Positions 41,969 through 51,788 are shown, numbered from the stretch's first letter. The stretch is 64,000 nucleotides of DNA from Patescibacteria group bacterium (GCA_041660605.1 JBAZWB010000001.1:9295-73294), one strand, 5' to 3'. The notes: generated from the letters alone by a model not told the origin. Numbers and translations: made by a program.

Positions 41969-42889
41969 ATGAGAATAAATTCCATTTTCAGTGTGGAAAC
42001 ATATCTCAAGAAACTTCTGGAAATTCTCCCCAAGTTTGACCAGGAATTATTCTGGAATGTTTTGGGGAAGCAGAGGTGGTTTCTGGAAATTATTGGCAGC
42101 CTGAAATTGCCGGCCTTATGCCTTCTGGACGATGAAAAATACTGGCGGTTTATCGGCAGCAATAACTGGCTGTCAGGTTTCAGCGGTGAGGTGACTTTTG
42201 ACGAGCTGGCAGCTGCTTTTCCAACCTGGTACCGCGATCCAGGCGCGTCTATGTCTGCTGAATCTTTTCAGGTCGCCCTGGGATTGTTTATCTGGCTGAA
42301 AACCGCCGAGCAAATGGGACTGGTAAGGCTGGTAAAATCCAAGCCTAAGCCGGTTAAAGACGGAAAAACATTGGCAGAAGAAGCGCAGTGCCGGGAAATT
42401 GCCGCTCGTTTCAACAAAGTGGGCTTGTGGAGGAAGGTTTTGGATGGCAAATTGCCTTTTGCCTCGTTGGACAGTTTACGCCAGTGGGTGAGTGAGCATC
42501 AGAACACATTTGGCTTGCCAGTCGACGTGGTGACAGCCTTCATTACCCAGAAGTCGGTTTGTTTCTCGCAGTCCGGCCGGATATTTTGGCGCCATCCCTG
42601 CGGATTTATTTTTACCGACGAGTGCTACCGCTCTTTCAGAAGTTTATTTATCCAGGATGATCCTGCGGCTGAAGCTGGATCGGTGGCGGACCAGTATCAC
42701 AGGCACGGGGGCAATGATACCAGGTGGAGCGATAGATTCTCCGAAGAATACGGTTTTGGCTGGTTTATCGTTACTACTCTGGCGGAATACTATTTTGGCA
42801 GCCTGGGCAAGGTACCGAAGACGCCACCGTTTTCAGAGGCAAGTGCGGTTATTGAGACGACCCTGCAGATCAGTCCGAACAAAATCTAA
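41969..42889 (+). CDS. Hypothetical protein, paralogous to the N-terminal extension of the downstream sigma factor
   Basis: GGAGGGG RBS before ATG 41969; shared blocks with the next gene (FWNVLGKQRWF/FWGFLSKQGWF; LFIWLKTAEQMGL/LFYWFRTAEKMEL; WRHPCGFIFTDECYR/WQHPSGLRLTEDAYCR). Confidence 0.5.
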   Translation: MRINSIFSVETYLKKLLEILPKFDQELFWNVLGKQRWFLEIIGSLKLPALCLLDDEKYWRFIGSNNWLSGFSGEVTFDELAAAFPTWYRDPGASMSAESFQVALGLFIWLKTAEQMGLVRLVKSKPKPVKDGKTLAEEAQCREIAARFNKVGLWRKVLDGKLPFASLDSLRQWVSEHQNTFGLPVDVVTAFITQKSVCFSQSGRIFWRHPCGFIFTDECYRSFRSLFIQDDPAAEAGSVADQYHRHGGNDTRWSDRFSEEYGFGWFIVTTLAEYYFGSLGKVPKTPPFSEASAVIETTLQISPNKI

Positions 42890-42989
42890 GCCTGTATCCA
42901 GCAATGGTACAGGCTTTTTTATTTGACGATTGCACGCTTATATATTAGAGTATCTTAATAAAGTTCTTTGATAAAAGAGGAGTAGAAAA

Positions 42990-45248
42990 GTGAAAATAAC
43001 TGATACGACAAGCGTTTTCTATTTTTTCCAGCAGTTGATGCAATCACTGCCAACATTGGAGGCGGGTGATTTTTGGGGATTCTTATCCAAACAGGGATGG
43101 TTTTCATCGATGGTGAGCAGCGTAATTGTCCCACCACCGGAGAGTTTTGGAACACAGGAATTCTGGCGACTGACCAACAATCAATTTTGGCTGATGGATG
43201 TTTTGGATGCAGCGAGCAATAACGGGAAATGCCTGGTTTCCGGTGAATTGCGCCGTTTGTTTCCGAAATCTCTGAGGTCATGCCGAACTCAAAAACCGGG
43301 GAAATCTTTTATCCTGGCATGCGAGCTTTTTTATTGGTTTCGCACTGCCGAGAAGATGGAGTTATTTAGCGTAATTCAGGCTGCCCAGACGCAAACGGCA
43401 TTGTACGTTTCGCTGGAATCCGGCAAGTCAGTTGAGATTAGCCGGGCGATTCAGGATATTTGGACGCAGTGCGGTTTATGGACTGAAGTGGCTAAGCGTC
43501 TCAATGCCACGATTGATGAGCTGCGTGAGTGGCTTAAGTGTTACGCGAATTTGCTGCAAGACGGCATTACCAGCGAGATCCTACGGCCTTTTCTGACCGG
43601 ACAGGCGGAAAAAACCGGGGACGGCTGCTGGCAGCATCCTTCCGGGTTACGTTTGACTGAAGATGCATATTGTCGACTGGTGTTCTTATCAGTAGAGCAG
43701 AACATCAGCGAAAGGGAGCTGATTGTCGCGACTTACGAGAATTATAAAGCCGGCGAGATGAAGCAGATATGCGAACATTTGTGCCTGTCTGCCACGCATT
43801 TTCTGGTTTTGGTGCAGTACTACCGCGGTTCGCTGACTAGGAACAATCTAGAAAGCATTAACAGTTTTTTTGATCCACCGCAGCCGGTTGACGGCTGCAG
43901 CGGCCTGGATCTGCTGTTGGCTTTATTAGAAAAAGCCGATGACTATCTTTTTCCCACGTTTTCCCGGATTATGAATCATGATGCCCGGGCACTTGCATTG
44001 TCTGAAGAAATTGAGCCAGTGCTCCGTTCAGTTCTGCGGCCGCTTAGTGATGACGATTTTTTTGAATATCTGCTGGAGCACGAATCTATTCTGCCTCTTC
44101 TGCCGAGAACCGAAAACGGTAGGACGGTGCCCTGGAGTGTTTTTTCGCAGTATGCCCCGGGAATATTAAGGCAGGTAGTCAGCCAGGAAGTTTTGCTCGA
44201 GGTAGCGCTTTGTTTTGTCTGGCTGTTTCACGCCCGCCTTACGCTTGATTTCAGCGTTTCGGTACCCGTGAAAAAGAGGAGAGCAAGGTCTGCGGCTGTT
44301 GTGGTTGATGTTGATATTGACGGGGATCTGGACGCGCACAGCGAAACGCAATATTCCCCGCGCCGCAGGCGAAAACATTCCAAATATGATATTCTCGAAA
44401 ATCCATCGCTGGATTTGTATTTAGTGGAGATTGGCCGGACTCCTTTGATTAACAGGGACGAGGAGGTGGCTTTGGCAAAGCGTATTCAGGATGGCGATAT
44501 TGAAGCTTTGCATAAGCTGGTGAAAGCCAACTTGCGTTTTGTCGTTTCTGTAGCCAAGTGTTTTCAAAATCAAGGTTTGCCATTAGCGGATCTGATTAAT
44601 GAGGGAAACATCGGGTTGATTAAAGCCGCCAAACGTTTTGACTGGACGCGCGGCTTCAAATTCATCAGCTACGCGGTTTGGTGGATTCGCCAGACTATTT
44701 GCCAGGCCTTGGCAGAGGGTGCCCGGACAATCAGATTGCCGTTGAACCGCATAGGTACCCTGCACAAGATCAACAAAACCAGGGAGAAATTGCTTCAAGA
44801 CCTTGGTCACCCTCCCAGTGATAAGCAAGTGGCCGATGAACTTGGGATGAAAGAGGAAGATGTGGCCTTTACTTTGATGGCGGGTAGTGGGTCGCTTTCG
44901 CTGGATAACACGCTCTCGACTTCCGGCGATAGTGAAACTACTTTGCTGGAAGTCATACCTGATACCGGTCCGGCTCCGACGCAGACAGTCATGGATGATA
45001 GTCTGCATGGCGAGATTATGGCAGCGCTTGATCAGCTGAGTGTGAGAGAAACAAGGATAATCAAGCTTTATTTCGGTATTGACCAGGAAAAAGCCCTGAC
45101 TCTGGAGGAAATTGGGGCTATTGAAAACGTGACTCGGGAAAGGGTCCGACAGATAAAAGAGGATGCGATTCGCAGGTTGCGCAGAGGGAAAGCGTCAAAA
45201 TTTTTACGGGCTTATTTCGATGATCAGGATAGGGAGGGAGCAAGATAG
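42990..45248 (+). CDS. rpoD: RpoD-like sigma-70 factor carrying a roughly 440-aa N-terminal extension
   Basis: C-terminal 290 aa show regions 1.2-4.2 (EEVALAKRIQDGD, ANLRFVVSVAKCFQNQGLPLADLINEGNIGLIKAAKRFD, YAVWWIRQTI, TLEEIGAIENVTRERVRQIKEDAIRRLRR); GTG start with AAGAGGAG RBS. Confidence 0.8.
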   Translation: MKITDTTSVFYFFQQLMQSLPTLEAGDFWGFLSKQGWFSSMVSSVIVPPPESFGTQEFWRLTNNQFWLMDVLDAASNNGKCLVSGELRRLFPKSLRSCRTQKPGKSFILACELFYWFRTAEKMELFSVIQAAQTQTALYVSLESGKSVEISRAIQDIWTQCGLWTEVAKRLNATIDELREWLKCYANLLQDGITSEILRPFLTGQAEKTGDGCWQHPSGLRLTEDAYCRLVFLSVEQNISERELIVATYENYKAGEMKQICEHLCLSATHFLVLVQYYRGSLTRNNLESINSFFDPPQPVDGCSGLDLLLALLEKADDYLFPTFSRIMNHDARALALSEEIEPVLRSVLRPLSDDDFFEYLLEHESILPLLPRTENGRTVPWSVFSQYAPGILRQVVSQEVLLEVALCFVWLFHARLTLDFSVSVPVKKRRARSAAVVVDVDIDGDLDAHSETQYSPRRRRKHSKYDILENPSLDLYLVEIGRTPLINRDEEVALAKRIQDGDIEALHKLVKANLRFVVSVAKCFQNQGLPLADLINEGNIGLIKAAKRFDWTRGFKFISYAVWWIRQTICQALAEGARTIRLPLNRIGTLHKINKTREKLLQDLGHPPSDKQVADELGMKEEDVAFTLMAGSGSLSLDNTLSTSGDSETTLLEVIPDTGPAPTQTVMDDSLHGEIMAALDQLSVRETRIIKLYFGIDQEKALTLEEIGAIENVTRERVRQIKEDAIRRLRRGKASKFLRAYFDDQDREGAR

Positions 45249-45250
45249 AC

Positions 45251-45290
45251 AGCCGGCATGATAGTTTATACTGTTATGACCGGCTTTTTT
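45251..45290 (+). terminator. Rho-independent terminator of the sigma-factor operon
   Basis: AGCCGGCATGATAG...CTGTTATGACCGGCTTTTTT. Confidence 0.5.
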
Positions 45291-45826
45291 ATTTCGGGAA
45301 ACCCCATTTAAGAAACGGTGTTTCCCGACGCCTTTCCCCAAAGTTAAGGCATTTATTTCGTCGCGCAGCCTGGCGGCTTTTTTTCGAGAAGCGTTTGATT
45401 GATCGTTCACTTTTTATGAAATAACCCTAATTGTGTGATTGAGAGCGGTGTCTTTATTCAAAAAAAATACCCTCATCAATAATCCCCTTACAGTTCGGGC
45501 ATGTCATCTCCTTGTGCCTCCGGAGACACTCCTACGCTGTTGGGCTATGGAGGATGATTGATGAGGGACGGGGTTAGCCTAAGAAAGCGGTGGTCGTGAA
45601 CGGGGCATCCATCGCGACCAAGCTTAGGCTCATGGCTCTCGAGAAGAGCTATTAATATTCTAGCATATTTTGACTGTCCCGCAAGATTGCACCCAACGGT
45701 CACCGGAGTTTTTTTGTGAGTGTGGATCCATTCAGTGTATTTAGTGACTTCGTGATGTTTTTTCTGACTTTTTAAGCGCAGTAATTTCGTCTCGTAACTG
45801 AGCCGCTTTTTCAAATTCCAAAATCT

Positions 45827-45960
45827 ATGAAGAAACACCTACGGTTTTTCTTCATCGCTACTTTTCCCTAAGTTGTATCGCTCACCTTGGGACCTCCCGC
45901 CCGACTGCTTCACATTCGAAGCGGGCGCGGTATAACCCAAGGTTCGCGATGATTTATTTT
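45827..45960 (+). repeat. Repeat element copy 2 (with a 35-nt GC-rich hairpin insertion); overlaps and extends the 3' end of uvrB
   Basis: Aligned base by base with 39940-40030; the uvrB reading frame continues through it. Confidence 0.6.
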
Positions 45961-47959
45961 GATTTCTAATTGCTGCAAGCTGGTCTCTCAATAAAGCTGC
46001 TTTCTCGAAATCTAGATTCTTTGCTGCTATTTCCATTCTAGACTCAAGGTCTTCAATGAGATGCGGGATTTCTTCTTTGGGAATATTTTTGAAAAATGAC
46101 TGGGAGGAATCTTCCTCCTTAAGTCTTCCGCCGGCTAAGCGCGATTCTTTGATAGCTTTTATAATGGATTGCGGAGTAATGTGATGTTTTTTATTATAAT
46201 CTTCCTGCATTTTTCTGCGCCGCACGGTTTCTTTTATTGCCCTGTCCATTGAGCCGGTCACCTTGTCCGCATACATGATGATGTGCCCTTCGAGATGCCG
46301 TGCGGCGCGGCCCATGGTCTGCATCAGCGCGGTTTCCGAGCGCAGATAACCTTCTTTATCGGCATCCAGGATGGCAATCAGGGAAACTTCCGGCAGATCC
46401 AGCCCTTCACGCAAAAGGTTGATCCCCACCACTACGTCAAACTTCCCTAAGCGCAGATCACGCAGTATTTCCAGCCTTTCCATAGTGTCCACTTCAGAGT
46501 GCAAATACTGGACTTTTACGTCCAAATCAGCCAGATATTCCGTCAGATCTTCAGACATGCGCTTGGTCAGGGTGGTAACCAGCACCCGCTGTTTTTTCGC
46601 CACGGTTTTTTTAATTTCTCCTAAGAGGTCATCAATTTGATTTTTTGTCGTCCGGATTTCAATAGTCGGATCCAGCAAGCCGGTTGGCCGGATTAACTGT
46701 TCGACGATCTGGTCTGAAATTTCCTTCTCATATTCACTGGGCGTAGCGGAAGCATAGATAGTTTGCCTGGCGCGCTTTTTAAATTCTTCAAAAGTCAGCG
46801 GCCGATTGTCCATGGCAGCCGGCACGCGGAAGCCGAAATTAACCAGCGTTTCCTTGCGTGAACGGTCGCCGAAGTACATGCCTTTGATCTGCGGCAGGGT
46901 CATGTGCGATTCGTCTATGAACAGCAGGAAGTCTTTAGGGAAGAATTCAAACAGTGTATTTGGTGGAAGTCCCGGCCGGCGCCCGTCGAAATAGCGCGAG
47001 TAATTTTCAATGCCATTGCAAAAACCGATTTCCCGGATGGTTTCAATGTCATAGCGGGTCCGCTGTTCCAGCCGCTGGGCTTCCACTAGTTTGTTTTCGC
47101 TCTGGAATTTTTTGACCTGCTCTTCCATGTCGTGCTGGATTTGCTCCAGCGCGTTTTTCATCATCTCGTCCGGCGCCAGATAGTGCCGCGCCGGGTAAAT
47201 ATCCACTTCCGGCAGCTGAGCAACTATTTTGTTCGTTAGAGAATCAACTTCAGAGATTTTTTCTATCTGGTTGCCGAAGAATTCAATCCGATAAAAATTG
47301 TTTTCTGAGAAAGGCGGGAAGACTTCCAGGATTTCGCCCAGCACGCGGAAACGGCTGCGCCACAAATCAGTCTGGTTCCTCTGATACCGGTTGTTGACCA
47401 GCGCGTGCAGGATAATGTTGCGGTCGTAGTTTTGCCCGGATTTGAGATTTATCACATCGCGCTTGTATTCCGTGGGCGAGCCGAGGCCGTAAATGCAGGA
47501 AACCGAGGCCACGATGATCACGTCGTTTCTGGAGAGCAGGGCCTGCGTTGAGGCATGCCGCAGGCGGTCGATTTCTTCGTTGAGCTGAGTCTCCTTTTCT
47601 ATGTAGGTGTCGGTTCTGGGTATATAGGCTTCAGGCTGGTAGTAGTCGTAATAGGAAACAAAATAATTGACGGAATTATCAGGGAAAAAATCCTGGAATT
47701 CGCTGGCCAGCTGGGCAGCCAGCGTTTTATTATGCGAAATAATCAGCGTCGGTTTCTGCAATTGCTGGATGACGTTGGCCATGGTGAAGGTTTTCCCTGA
47801 GCCGGTTACGCCTAATAATGTCTGGTTGCGATGGCCTTTTTTTAGGCCAGCCACGAGCTTTTTAATGGCTTGAGGCTGATCTCCGGTTGGTTTGAATGGT
47901 GACTTTAATTTAAACTTCATAAGTAAATATACTATAACTTTGGCGGTCGGATTCGTCAA
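45839..47959 (-). CDS. uvrB: Excinuclease ABC subunit B
   Basis: Walker [10 protein letters not shown], helicase motifs, and C-terminal UVR motif [12 protein letters not shown]; the last roughly 45 codons are supplied by the repeat element. Confidence 0.9.
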   Translation of the reverse strand: MTNPTAKVIVYLLMKFKLKSPFKPTGDQPQAIKKLVAGLKKGHRNQTLLGVTGSGKTFTMANVIQQLQKPTLIISHNKTLAAQLASEFQDFFPDNSVNYFVSYYDYYQPEAYIPRTDTYIEKETQLNEEIDRLRHASTQALLSRNDVIIVASVSCIYGLGSPTEYKRDVINLKSGQNYDRNIILHALVNNRYQRNQTDLWRSRFRVLGEILEVFPPFSENNFYRIEFFGNQIEKISEVDSLTNKIVAQLPEVDIYPARHYLAPDEMMKNALEQIQHDMEEQVKKFQSENKLVEAQRLEQRTRYDIETIREIGFCNGIENYSRYFDGRRPGLPPNTLFEFFPKDFLLFIDESHMTLPQIKGMYFGDRSRKETLVNFGFRVPAAMDNRPLTFEEFKKRARQTIYASATPSEYEKEISDQIVEQLIRPTGLLDPTIEIRTTKNQIDDLLGEIKKTVAKKQRVLVTTLTKRMSEDLTEYLADLDVKVQYLHSEVDTMERLEILRDLRLGKFDVVVGINLLREGLDLPEVSLIAILDADKEGYLRSETALMQTMGRAARHLEGHIIMYADKVTGSMDRAIKETVRRRKMQEDYNKKHHITPQSIIKAIKESRLAGGRLKEEDSSQSFFKNIPKEEIPHLIEDLESRMEIAAKNLDFEKAALLRDQLAAIRNQNKSSRTLGYTAPASNVKQSGGRSQGERYNLGKSSDEEKP

Positions 47960-47966
47960 AGGTTGG

Positions 47967-48102
47967 CCCCGTTAGAAAATTAGCCAATGGCCGTTTGATA
48001 ATAAACAATAATTTTATTTGAACCTTCTTTAATAACCAAAAAGATGTTTTATAATTTTCTAACGGGGTTGACAAAAAGAGGAAACCGTAGTAGGTTGTAG
48101 TG
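47967..48102 (+). repeat. Palindromic element copy 4 (terminal repeats CCCCGTTAGAAAATT / AATTTTCTAACGGGG, about 107 nt) with outward TTGACA-N17-TAGGTT
   Basis: Terminal repeats at 47967-47981 and 48053-48067; TTGACA 48068-48073; interior is the reverse complement of the copy-3 interior (for example ...CCTTCTTTAATAACCAAA.AGATGTTTTATAATT). Confidence 0.55.
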
Positions 48103-48129
48103 TTTAAAAGTGGTAAAATATATTTAACT

Positions 48130-51024
48130 ATGTCAAGGGAAACTTTTCATCCTAATTATGCCGATGCAGTTAAAGATGAATCAAATGATTCTAATTCTTT
48201 TGATAAAAAAAAGAATGTACATGGCAGTAAGTTGCAGGAAATTTTAAAATATTTTGACAGAACATTGGTACCGGGTCTGGATTTGAACGCAGTGTATCCA
48301 GAGTACGTAGGAAAAGAAGCTGATGTACAGGGTATAGATCAAGAGAAAGAGAAGGCGCTACTGGATCATTTAAATACTCAATATAAAGCCCTGACGGGGG
48401 GTCATGAAGTCCTCACAGAGATGAGCGAAGTTGAGCAACAGAAAGTTGGAGGATTAATAGAGGAGGTTGTTGAACAATATTGGAAGCCCACCATATCAAT
48501 GCACACGAAAGAGGCATTAGCAGATTTTATAGATAATCTCATTGTTCAACTCAATCAGGAAGGGGTTGAGCAGGTTTTGGAAAAAAGCTTAGATTTAAAC
48601 GAGAAAGGGAATATTAATAAAGTGGGTCATTGGATTAAACTTTTAGAAGAGCTTTATTGGCGTTCTGAGCGAATTGATCCGGAATCGAGAGAAGAGTACT
48701 TTCGGGATTTTGAATCTGAAGATGCCGTCGTGAAAAAGATAGTTGGAGAATTGATGGAAAAAATTAAGAACGAATCCGAGGGAAACTATTTTTTGAATGA
48801 ACGCATTAAATATCTCGTCGAGTGTATTAAAAAGGGAGAAGTCCCTGAAGTCGACACCTTACCGTTTGATTTTGATTTTGGGCACTATGCTAAATGGCAA
48901 GAAAATGGGAGACTCGCGGTGACACCAATGGGTGACGATGGTGATATTGAGGATGATATTGAAATGTATACAAAACTTGAGAATACTTTTTTAGAGGAAA
49001 TGGGTGCAACTCACAGCGATAAAGAAAAGAGCGCACTTCAAAAAGAAATGCAGGAAACACTCAGTGCGGTTGCCAATAAAATCCGTACTTCATATTACTT
49101 TGAGGAGTTGAAGCCATATCAACTCCGTTCTTTTACTGATCAGGTTGGGGACGATAAAGATAAATCATCTGATCAATCGCTATATGATTTTGAATACCTG
49201 CATTCACGTCAGATGAGGAAACAAATTGAAAAAGATTTTGGGATAGTGGTTGAGTATATTAATTTGCCAGTCCGGAATAAATTTTTTCAATTTATTAAAG
49301 AGAAAAATATTAAAGATATCGAACCAGCAAAGAATTTTTCCAAAAAATATGGGGAAGCAGGGCTGGTAACATTTTTATCTTTGGCACAGGATCCGACAAT
49401 AGGCAACAAACTGGTAGAACTTGGTAATCGCCTGCCTGAAGATGATGCTTATCGATTATTTGATCAGTATCATAGACTCATCACAAGCGCTAGCAGCAAA
49501 GCAGAAAAAATCCAAACGCTTCTTGCGCAGCAATACCCAGAAATAAATTTATCCAGGGAAGAACTTTCTGATTGTTTCATGGTACGCGCAAAGGATTTAT
49601 TAAATGAAAGCTTCAATAAAATGGAGGATGGAAAGCTAGATATTGATCAGGTTCTTGCAGAACTTAATCAGGAAACGGCAATACAAGAAGTTTTACGTGT
49701 TCAGTTCATGAAGATTGCCGAGCTTCTATCGAAAGATGATGTTGACTTGGAGACATATAACCATACGCAAGAAATGGTTATAAAAAGTATCGGAGAGTCA
49801 GGTCTAGTGAGCGAGGCGGCATATTTGCGTGCTTTAAACGCCATGGGCAAACTAAAACCCATGCCGGAATTATACTGGAAAGTTGACCGGGAGCCGGAAG
49901 AGTACAATAAACGTTTGGGTGTTAATGTACCGGAGGTACTGAAAAGAGTAGGCCAAGGTGGCAACGAAAAGACCTTATTGGAATTCGGTCCGGGTAGCGG
50001 TCTGGCCAAGCACAAACTGCGGTTATCCGGTGCGGCTGATAATTTTACGGAATTTGCCATGAGCGACGCGCTTTATTACGATTTAGCTGAACCAATAAAA
50101 CATTTAATTGATTTTGATAAAATCCAGGCCAAACTGGGCAAAGAATTAAATGCACAGGACAAGCAATCATTAATTGAGTATATAAAACGGACTATCGTCA
50201 TAAAAGTCGGCCAGACAGCTGTTGATAAGATTGAGTATGATCAGGAGTTTCAAAGTGATATTGCTCATAGTCCCAATGCCCTGAAAGAGTATATAAAAAA
50301 ATCCGGACATAAAGTTTCTCTTGCCGACACGGTGCCGACTGATCAAGCCGTAGAAACTCCGGATGGCCCAATATATGCTGAAAAATTTGAAGTAGCAAAA
50401 CAATCTCCAGCTTGGCAGGAAGCACGACGGCTTTTCATGGGTGAAGTGGAAAAATATTTGCGGGACGATTTTGATGAGCAGGATGTTTATGAAATATTGA
50501 ATGCCCATCCAGCCGGAATCATGATCGGGGACTTTAATGACGTTACAAAACTGAAAAATGACCAATTGGATTTTGCCCTGGGCGTCAGGTCGACGGTCTA
50601 TGTGGAGCGCGAGCAATATCCTGAATTTATTAAAAACGTGATAGCAAAATTAAAAGATGGAGGAATCTACATTGACGATAATGTGAGGGAAAATTTCGGC
50701 CGGTACTATCGCTTAGCAGAACTGAAGCAGGTGCAGGAGGACTTAGTTGAGCTGAAACGAAAAGGTGGGATAGATTTTGATGTCACTATTTCTCTGGTTA
50801 TCGGGCGTGGCGTGGCAGAAGAAGATTATAAAAAGGACGATGCGCCTATCGCCGTCGTTATTGCTAAGGGTAAAGCTGATCTATCAGTCGTTTCTGAAAA
50901 TTTATTGAAGTCCAGCAAGTTAGTCGGTTTGGACGAAGTGGTTGCTAATGGCGATTATCTGAAAAGCCTGGATCAGTCTGGTCGGGTTAAAAAATCAATT
51001 AATACATTACCACGAGCCGCTTAG
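48130..51024 (+). CDS. Large hypothetical protein (964-974 aa; track start is the GTG at 48100)
   Basis: Long low-GC ORF; possible SAM-binding motif I-like stretch KTLLEFGPGSGLAKHKL; otherwise no motif recognised. Confidence 0.55.
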   Translation: MSRETFHPNYADAVKDESNDSNSFDKKKNVHGSKLQEILKYFDRTLVPGLDLNAVYPEYVGKEADVQGIDQEKEKALLDHLNTQYKALTGGHEVLTEMSEVEQQKVGGLIEEVVEQYWKPTISMHTKEALADFIDNLIVQLNQEGVEQVLEKSLDLNEKGNINKVGHWIKLLEELYWRSERIDPESREEYFRDFESEDAVVKKIVGELMEKIKNESEGNYFLNERIKYLVECIKKGEVPEVDTLPFDFDFGHYAKWQENGRLAVTPMGDDGDIEDDIEMYTKLENTFLEEMGATHSDKEKSALQKEMQETLSAVANKIRTSYYFEELKPYQLRSFTDQVGDDKDKSSDQSLYDFEYLHSRQMRKQIEKDFGIVVEYINLPVRNKFFQFIKEKNIKDIEPAKNFSKKYGEAGLVTFLSLAQDPTIGNKLVELGNRLPEDDAYRLFDQYHRLITSASSKAEKIQTLLAQQYPEINLSREELSDCFMVRAKDLLNESFNKMEDGKLDIDQVLAELNQETAIQEVLRVQFMKIAELLSKDDVDLETYNHTQEMVIKSIGESGLVSEAAYLRALNAMGKLKPMPELYWKVDREPEEYNKRLGVNVPEVLKRVGQGGNEKTLLEFGPGSGLAKHKLRLSGAADNFTEFAMSDALYYDLAEPIKHLIDFDKIQAKLGKELNAQDKQSLIEYIKRTIVIKVGQTAVDKIEYDQEFQSDIAHSPNALKEYIKKSGHKVSLADTVPTDQAVETPDGPIYAEKFEVAKQSPAWQEARRLFMGEVEKYLRDDFDEQDVYEILNAHPAGIMIGDFNDVTKLKNDQLDFALGVRSTVYVEREQYPEFIKNVIAKLKDGGIYIDDNVRENFGRYYRLAELKQVQEDLVELKRKGGIDFDVTISLVIGRGVAEEDYKKDDAPIAVVIAKGKADLSVVSENLLKSSKLVGLDEVVANGDYLKSLDQSGRVKKSINTLPRAA

Positions 51025-51788
51025 GAGCCAGATGGTAAGGTTGACCAGAGGAAGTTAAATAGAATTTTAAAGTTGTTGGCAATCTCTTCATTGTCGATCA
51101 GTACGCCAACGGCGTTTTTCTTTTGGAAAGTTATCAGTGAAATTTTGTGCCCGCTGATTTTAATATCCATCCGGAAAGGGAACTTATTGACGGGGATTAA
51201 TCTTGCCTCAATAAATTTATCAGAGTTAGTTTTATTTAATGCATTGGTATCCGGCGAGATAACACGATTGAACAATTTTTTTTGCACGCGAGTTTTTATG
51301 TATATTGGCGCGTAATCTGGAATATATTCTAGAAGGTCGCCCTTTTCCTCTATGCTGTCAATTGGTTGGTTATTTGACAGAAGTTCCTCGTAGATTTTTA
51401 TTATACCCTCTTGGCCCTCGAAGAAACGAACTCCGGGCTTGTTCATCGTTAATCGGTAGGTTGAGGCAAGTTGCTCAAAATTACTTTGCAGCACTTTTTT
51501 TTGCTGGTTAAGTTGGTGCTCATTTTTTTCTACTAAAGCTTTCAGCTGTTCCGGCGGCTCTACGGTAAATACTTTCTTCCCACGCTCTTCAGTTTCCAAA
51601 ACTAGGCCTTTCTTAATGAGGTCGCCAAGGATGTCGTAGGTATTGCCCCGTTTATAGGGGACTTTGGGCAGGAGCTTGCCCATATTAGCTTTGCCCAATA
51701 ACAATAAGGCCTCATAAACGGTGGCCTCTTTTTCTGAAAGGCCAATTTGGTTGAGAGTTTTAGCAATGGGGGAGGTAGGAGGGGGCAT
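51021..51788 (-). CDS. TrmB-family HTH transcriptional regulator (paralogue 1)
   Basis: N-terminus IGLSEKEATVYEALLLLGKANMGKL...GLV winged helix of the TrmB type; its C-terminus resembles that of the 56377-57135 protein. Confidence 0.55.
   Translation of the reverse strand: MPPPTSPIAKTLNQIGLSEKEATVYEALLLLGKANMGKLLPKVPYKRGNTYDILGDLIKKGLVLETEERGKKVFTVEPPEQLKALVEKNEHQLNQQKKVLQSNFEQLASTYRLTMNKPGVRFFEGQEGIIKIYEELLSNNQPIDSIEEKGDLLEYIPDYAPIYIKTRVQKKLFNRVISPDTNALNKTNSDKFIEARLIPVNKFPFRMDIKISGHKISLITFQKKNAVGVLIDNEEIANNFKILFNFLWSTLPSGS

Noticed and set aside
45545-45838. 97-aa minus-strand ORF between the sigma operon and uvrB
   Set aside because: No RBS, and it overlaps a large hairpin repeat. It would have to read into the repeat element. 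More likely it is noncoding.
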